IMG/VR virus record: IMGVR_UViG_3300013936_000024
Reading direction: 5' to 3' (one strand)
DNA length: 64,000 bases
DNA from: an uncultured virus (IMG/VR IMGVR_UViG_3300013936_000024)
Taxonomy: Duplodnaviria > Heunggongvirae > Uroviricota > Caudoviricetes
Part shown: positions 59,260 through 64,000 of the stretch, in pieces
Numbering within the stretch: position 1 is the first letter of the stretch
Layout: every line of letters begins with the position of its first letter
Program-made: the position numbers and the translations under genes
The notes under the pieces: generated by a model
Told to the model about the DNA's origin: nothing
Databases searched by the model: none
What the model saw: only the letters and a program-made list of their open reading frames with translations

Positions 59260-60669
59260 TTAAAACTCTATTTTTTTCTTCCATTCGTATACAGAATTTC
59301 CGCTATCGAATATCCTATATGTCTCTTTTTCTATATCGATTATCTTCAAATATCGATGTCTATTAGCGACATAATAATAATTTGGTTCGGTATTTTTTAA
59401 GAACTTAAAACCGATATTTTTAAACTCATTTCCATTATCCCATCGTCTATCAATCTTGACTATAACAACGATAGGATTATTTTCATTCACGAAAAAATTA
59501 AAAAGTCCTTTTACACCATTTATTACCTTTGTATTTAGTCTATTGCAATATGTGACTAATTCATATTCGTCATCAGTTATTTTATTAAATCCTAACAACG
59601 AGACCAATTCATTTTTATAAAAATTACCATATACTATTTGAGGATTAACGATATTATAAATTGAATTTGTTTTTAAAAAATCAATACATTGTTTCGGAGA
59701 TAACTTTTTAATAACACATAGTTCAGAGGAAATCTTATTTGGTACATTGTCTGTTATTTCTCTTATTTTAGATTTAACAATATCTTTCTTAAATACCCAT
59801 TCGTCTTCAAAAATATGCAGTAGTCGTATTCCTTGCTTAATACAATCTTCTGTCTTTTTCAAATGGTAGTGATTATTTTTACAATATTCTTCACTATGCC
59901 ATATTAAGCCATCGTGTTCTATTGCGATGTTTTTAGACGGAATATATATGTCAATTTCCTTGCCATCTGTCAATATTTTACGATTATTCTTAATAACTTC
60001 GAGACCAAGTTCATTTTCGATGAAATCTGATATTTCATTTTCTTGAGTTGAGACAACATTGGAACAATAAGGACAACCGTGACCGCATAGATGCTTGTTT
60101 GGCATTTGCCAATAATGATGACCATTGGCACATATTATTTCAATTGGAATCTTTGCCCCTTTGTATTCCGCAAGGCTATAATCCTCGGTATTTTTATGAA
60201 TAATATTGGCTTTTTTGACGAACACCTCTTTTGTCATCAACATATTATTAGCGTTCTGTTCGGTAGCGCATTTAGGGCAGCCGTGACCTTGTAGATGTGA
60301 ATATGCCTTCTGAGTGAAAATCCCGTGCTTTGGACAAATAATGTCAACGTCTTTAGTTGCTCCTTGATATACTGTTATTGTATAACGATATTTAAAGTTG
60401 TGGACAATATTTGCCTTAGTAATAAATTGTTCGTTTGTAAACGATTGAGTTTTTGCCATATTTCGTTTTCCACATTTCGGACACCCGCAACCTTTTAAGT
60501 GACTATACATATTTTGCAGAAAATCTCCATGTATGGGGCATGTTATTGTTACTCGTCTTTTAGTATCTTTTTTCGAGATATCTGTTTTTGTATAGTCGTA
60601 ATAATCTCCGAATATATCTCTTGCTTTACTTTTAAATTCATCAGTCGATTTAATGACAGTTTTATACAT
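59260..60669 (-). CDS. Hef-like homing endonuclease
   Basis: Three Zn-ribbon repeats; EIDIYIPSKNIAIEHDGLIWH; IDRRW; RIFDSG. Confidence 0.75.
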   Translation of the reverse strand: MYKTVIKSTDEFKSKARDIFGDYYDYTKTDISKKDTKRRVTITCPIHGDFLQNMYSHLKGCGCPKCGKRNMAKTQSFTNEQFITKANIVHNFKYRYTITVYQGATKDVDIICPKHGIFTQKAYSHLQGHGCPKCATEQNANNMLMTKEVFVKKANIIHKNTEDYSLAEYKGAKIPIEIICANGHHYWQMPNKHLCGHGCPYCSNVVSTQENEISDFIENELGLEVIKNNRKILTDGKEIDIYIPSKNIAIEHDGLIWHSEEYCKNNHYHLKKTEDCIKQGIRLLHIFEDEWVFKKDIVKSKIREITDNVPNKISSELCVIKKLSPKQCIDFLKTNSIYNIVNPQIVYGNFYKNELVSLLGFNKITDDEYELVTYCNRLNTKVINGVKGLFNFFVNENNPIVVIVKIDRRWDNGNEFKNIGFKFLKNTEPNYYYVANRHRYLKIIDIEKETYRIFDSGNSVYEWKKKIEF

Positions 60670-60744
60670 TGTTATTTCTTATTAAGATAGAACAAATGAT
60701 TCTACCGAGACAAATTATCTGATAGAATCATTTATATGACTACA

Positions 60745-61311
60745 TTATAAAAAGTTAAATCCCGCTACAAATACCTTTGAATAGTTTTCAATTGTTATTT
60801 GTTTATCTAATCTCTTGCACAGTTCACTTGCAAATCGCTTTCTTATATTTACTTCACAATTTAAAACTTCGATAGGTATCTTCATTGGGAATTTTACTGT
60901 GAAGTCTAATAATTTATTAAATTTCTCTTTTGTTATTTTTTTATCTCTTTTACAGAAAGGCTCTGATTTGTATTCTAATACCGTGTTTTTATTAATCTCG
61001 GATGGCTTTACCTTTTCTTTATTTTCATCAAACAACGAATGGTCTTCGGTTATGTCACTGACACAGGTCTTACTATTTCGTTTATCCATGACACGGTACA
61101 TATCTTTGCCCGTCTTGTGACGATATATGTAGCTTGGTTTATACCATCCACTTCGACATAAGACAGTATAATTTTTCTCAGTCGTATCGTATTCTCTACC
61201 TAACGCATCCTTGCGTATGTTATCAATATCTATTAATTCAGATATAGGTTTGATGTCAATCAAATTTGTATTATCATATTTGATAAACATAGGTGTATCA
61301 CCAGTAAAACT
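60745..61311 (-). other. Split intein N-fragment (IntN, 188 aa)
   Basis: Block A SFTGDTPMFI directly after VGD; block B ITEDHSLF. Confidence 0.88.
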
Positions 61312-63288
61312 GTCACCTACAATAGGATGATAATTGTATTCGTCATTAGGCGTATTAGTATTAAAACTTCCCAATGTGGAAAAATGGCTAATCATAAGAC
61401 GAAGCATTTGTCGACCACGGCAAGTTGTTTCCTCCGCACATTCCAAATCAGACCAAGGGAACACACTTCCAGAACCGTATGATCCGAAGAAGCCATTGCC
61501 TGTTATCTTTAGAGGAAGTTGCATTTTGTCTGCCATCGCCTTTTGGCTTGATAACTGCGCTATCTTGACCTTTGTCTCCTTAATTTCATTCTCATCTGTA
61601 ATACCCTTTAATTTTTCTTTAAGTTCATCTGCCTCTTTACCATATTTGGCTTTCAGACCCTTATAATGTTCACGTTGTGTAAGAATATACTCCAAAAGGG
61701 CATTCATTACACCCATAATATCGATTGGACTCTTGATACCGAAAGTAAGAATAATCGAAGGATATAGTGAATTATAATCCAATTTAACGATTCTATCCAC
61801 ATATCCGACTTTCAATAATCGTGACAATCCTCCTGTAAATTTCTTGGTTTCAATCAATTCAGGAATAGCCAGATCATGTTGATAACTCCACGCCATCATA
61901 ATGTATTTCCATATTGCAGCAGTACCCATTGTACACATTTTCTCATATGATACTGGGAGCATTTTACCTACCAAGAAATTAGGTTGATTATAACGGTTTT
62001 CTACCTTATCTGTCTCCCAAAGGTCATCCAACAGATAACGCTGAATTATATAGCGTCCTGTCGTTATTTCATACTCCTTACCTGTTTTATTATTAATTAA
62101 TTTTTTATCTTCACGGGTGTACAGAGGAAACGTTCCATTATCATCAGTATAAGTCTTTTCAAGACGTTTATCATCTATCTTAAACCATTCGCCATCGGTA
62201 TCATTAAATGCATATGTAGGTGTCAAGTCCAACCACGTTGTATTAATTTCTTTGCCTGGTACATATACACGATTAGGCTTATTCATCTTTGAGTAGGCGC
62301 AGATATATTTAAGGGTTGCCTTTTTCATATTAGAATCGATTGCTTGCGCTCTACGAACGGCGAACAATGCATCAACGATATTATGACCCCACATTATAGT
62401 AGGATAATAATACTCCATTTCGCCACCAAGTTTCAATACTTGTTGTTTCTTTTTCTTATATATCCCACGATTATAGAAAATTTTCTTGGTGAAATCCAAC
62501 AACGAGCTTCCGTGGAGCTTTAATCGTTCATCAATAAAATACCAGTCGAAGTTCTCAGTATTATATCCTGCAATAATATCAGGTTGTTCATTATATATGA
62601 TTTCAAAAAATTCCTTGAGACCGATTATCTCATTTTTGAACTTTTCTTCACCTTCGCCATCGATGGTAATGATTTTTTCAAATCCCTTGTTTGTTCGTAT
62701 ACCAATCTGTGAAATCGCATGTATCTGTGGATTAAGACCCTCGGTCTCCAAGTCGAATGACATACGAATAAGGTCATCGTAATCATCATATCCCTTAAAC
62801 ATTCGTCGACCTGTATAAATCATATATTGCTCTGTAGGTGCTACCGCAATAAATTCACGAAGTCCGTAATTAGCATCGGTCTGTTGCGGATATATTGGTC
62901 TACCAGCTTCCTTGAAAAAGTCCATGAATTTCTTATAGGACATCGCAAATTTCGCATAGAACAATACCCTATATCCATTCTCCATTCTTGGGTGGATGTT
63001 TCCCTCATCGTCGGCGACACGTAATCCTTTACAAGTAATACCGTACATCGCCATTTTCTCCCTCAGAATCTTTCTGTCGCCATCGAAAAGCTTTCGGGCT
63101 GCACTTTGTTTGCACCATACAAAAGGATAAAAATTATCCTTTAACATTTTCAACTTATTATTTTTTCCCCGAAAGATGACAGTCATTTTATCATCGTCAT
63201 AAGACCCTTCTATCTTTATAATATGTTCCATCGGGTCTGTACCTGAGAGGAATTTATCGATATCCTCTTTTGTAATGTTATTTGCCAT
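60745..63288 (-). CDS. DNA polymerase B, N-terminal half followed by the split intein N-fragment
   Basis: Exo I FDLET, Exo II GYNTENFD, Exo III YLLDD, motif A DYNSLYPS, motif B KITGNGFFG, then VGD|SFTGDTP. Confidence 0.92.
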   Translation of the reverse strand: MANNITKEDIDKFLSGTDPMEHIIKIEGSYDDDKMTVIFRGKNNKLKMLKDNFYPFVWCKQSAARKLFDGDRKILREKMAMYGITCKGLRVADDEGNIHPRMENGYRVLFYAKFAMSYKKFMDFFKEAGRPIYPQQTDANYGLREFIAVAPTEQYMIYTGRRMFKGYDDYDDLIRMSFDLETEGLNPQIHAISQIGIRTNKGFEKIITIDGEGEEKFKNEIIGLKEFFEIIYNEQPDIIAGYNTENFDWYFIDERLKLHGSSLLDFTKKIFYNRGIYKKKKQQVLKLGGEMEYYYPTIMWGHNIVDALFAVRRAQAIDSNMKKATLKYICAYSKMNKPNRVYVPGKEINTTWLDLTPTYAFNDTDGEWFKIDDKRLEKTYTDDNGTFPLYTREDKKLINNKTGKEYEITTGRYIIQRYLLDDLWETDKVENRYNQPNFLVGKMLPVSYEKMCTMGTAAIWKYIMMAWSYQHDLAIPELIETKKFTGGLSRLLKVGYVDRIVKLDYNSLYPSIILTFGIKSPIDIMGVMNALLEYILTQREHYKGLKAKYGKEADELKEKLKGITDENEIKETKVKIAQLSSQKAMADKMQLPLKITGNGFFGSYGSGSVFPWSDLECAEETTCRGRQMLRLMISHFSTLGSFNTNTPNDEYNYHPIVGDSFTGDTPMFIKYDNTNLIDIKPISELIDIDNIRKDALGREYDTTEKNYTVLCRSGWYKPSYIYRHKTGKDMYRVMDKRNSKTCVSDITEDHSLFDENKEKVKPSEINKNTVLEYKSEPFCKRDKKITKEKFNKLLDFTVKFPMKIPIEVLNCEVNIRKRFASELCKRLDKQITIENYSKVFVAGFNFL

Positions 63289-63329
63289 TTCTAATCCTTT
63301 AAATTAAACATACTCTGTAGTTAAGCCAC

Positions 63330-63367
63330 AAAAATAGCGGCATCATACAAGATGTGCCGCAAATATA
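63330..63367 (-). promoter_or_regulatory. Terminator-like hairpin abutting a Bacteroidota -7 element upstream of the polymerase
   Basis: Minus strand TATATTTG, then GCGGCACATC..GATGCCGC-TATTTTT. Confidence 0.5.
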
Positions 63368-63401
63368 CAACTTTTAAATCAAACTTTATAAGAATATCGT
63401 A

Positions 63402-63800
63402 TTAATTTGTGTTAATCATTGAATTATTAATATTTATTATCAATTCCTCGGCAATTGGGACTATCAATTCGCCTTTTGGGAAACTATATTCTTCACTGTG
63501 TATGTCATCATTGAAAACTATTTTGAAAGTACCGACAAAACGTCCTTCCATTTTTGTATCTCTTGGTTTCCAAGAATACCTTAGTTTAACACGTTCTTCA
63601 CAACCAATAGTATAAGTAATGATTTTGCATTTGGCATTCGATATTACTTTTATACCATTGTTTAGATTGGCCATCGTGAAGTATACATCGGCATTTTGTA
63701 AGGCATAATATGCCTTTCTGTAATCATTTCGACCGTCTTGTATTAGTTCCATTTCCAAGTAAGGAAGCGTGGAGTTTTTATTTATATTAAATTCTTGCAT
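63402..63800 (-). CDS. BppU-like (baseplate upper) Ig-like protein
   Basis: INKNSTLPYL..ADVYFTM...YSWKPRDT..EGRFVGTFKIVF. Confidence 0.55.
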   Translation of the reverse strand: MQEFNINKNSTLPYLEMELIQDGRNDYRKAYYALQNADVYFTMANLNNGIKVISNAKCKIITYTIGCEERVKLRYSWKPRDTKMEGRFVGTFKIVFNDDIHSEEYSFPKGELIVPIAEELIININNSMINTN

Positions 63801-63812
63801 CGTTTATATCAT

Positions 63813-64000
63813 CTAATTTCGTAATTCTTTTCTCTTGAAATCAATTATCGCCTTGTTATCATATAGGAAATCACAACCTAATATTCCATCGATTTGCTTT
63901 CCCGTCTTTATGAAGACTTCTCTTTTGACATTGTCAATATCAGTTATATAAAAAGTAACCGGTATACTGTCATTCAATAACGTGTTTGTTACAATAACCC
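63813..64000 (-). CDS. Retropepsin-like aspartyl protease, C-terminal part (partial)
   Basis: Manual translation ...GKQIDGILGCDFLYDNKAIIDFKRKELRN*; DGILGxDFL..IDF motif; absent from the ORF track because it is cut by the window edge. Confidence 0.7.
   Translation of the reverse strand, partial: VIVTNTLLNDSIPVTFYITDIDNVKREVFIKTGKQIDGILGCDFLYDNKAIIDFKRKELRN

Noticed and set aside
58367..60744. Group I/II intron explaining the pol split
   Set aside because: The gap is almost fully coding, with only short spacers, too little for a ribozyme core. Intein motifs explain the split.
1..64000. Genome-wide TAG-to-Gln recoding (code 15)
   Set aside because: terL, portal, capsid and fibre genes are uninterrupted under code 11, and the pol C-half ends in TAG just before a terminator. 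Only isolated cases are kept as findings.
1..64000. tRNA/rRNA genes
   Set aside because: Intergenic spaces are short and AT-rich, and no cloverleaf was recognised by eye; a scan was not run.

Overview
AT-rich, gene-dense 64 kb segment of a T4-like (Caudoviricetes) jumbo phage genome. The host is very probably a Bacteroidota, based on TAnnTTTG promoters, no obvious Shine-Dalgarno sites and a FISUMP domain. It contains the head module (terminase large subunit, portal, prohead protease, scaffold, major capsid), baseplate and tail-fibre genes, ClpX, PhoH, dUTPase, two glycosyltransferases, a 2H phosphoesterase, a sigma-like factor and seven free-standing homing-type endonuclease genes. Main highlights: (1) a family B DNA polymerase fractured inside its catalytic GD|TDG motif by a naturally split intein, with two endonuclease genes between the halves; (2) an in-phase A_AAT_TTC slippery site that would fuse two acidic head-associated ORFs by -1 frameshift; (3) enzymatic domains (ADP-ribosyltransferase-like, nucleotidyltransferase, kinase, zincin, WYL) bounded by a recurring peptide and (I/L/V)-x-E sites, suggesting protease-matured capsid cargo; (4) a TATTTAT late-promoter candidate; (5) an IS200/IS605-type end or omegaRNA-like structure at the left edge; (6) an in-frame TAG at codon 3 of a translationally coupled gene. 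All calls come from motif reading by eye; no database searches were run.
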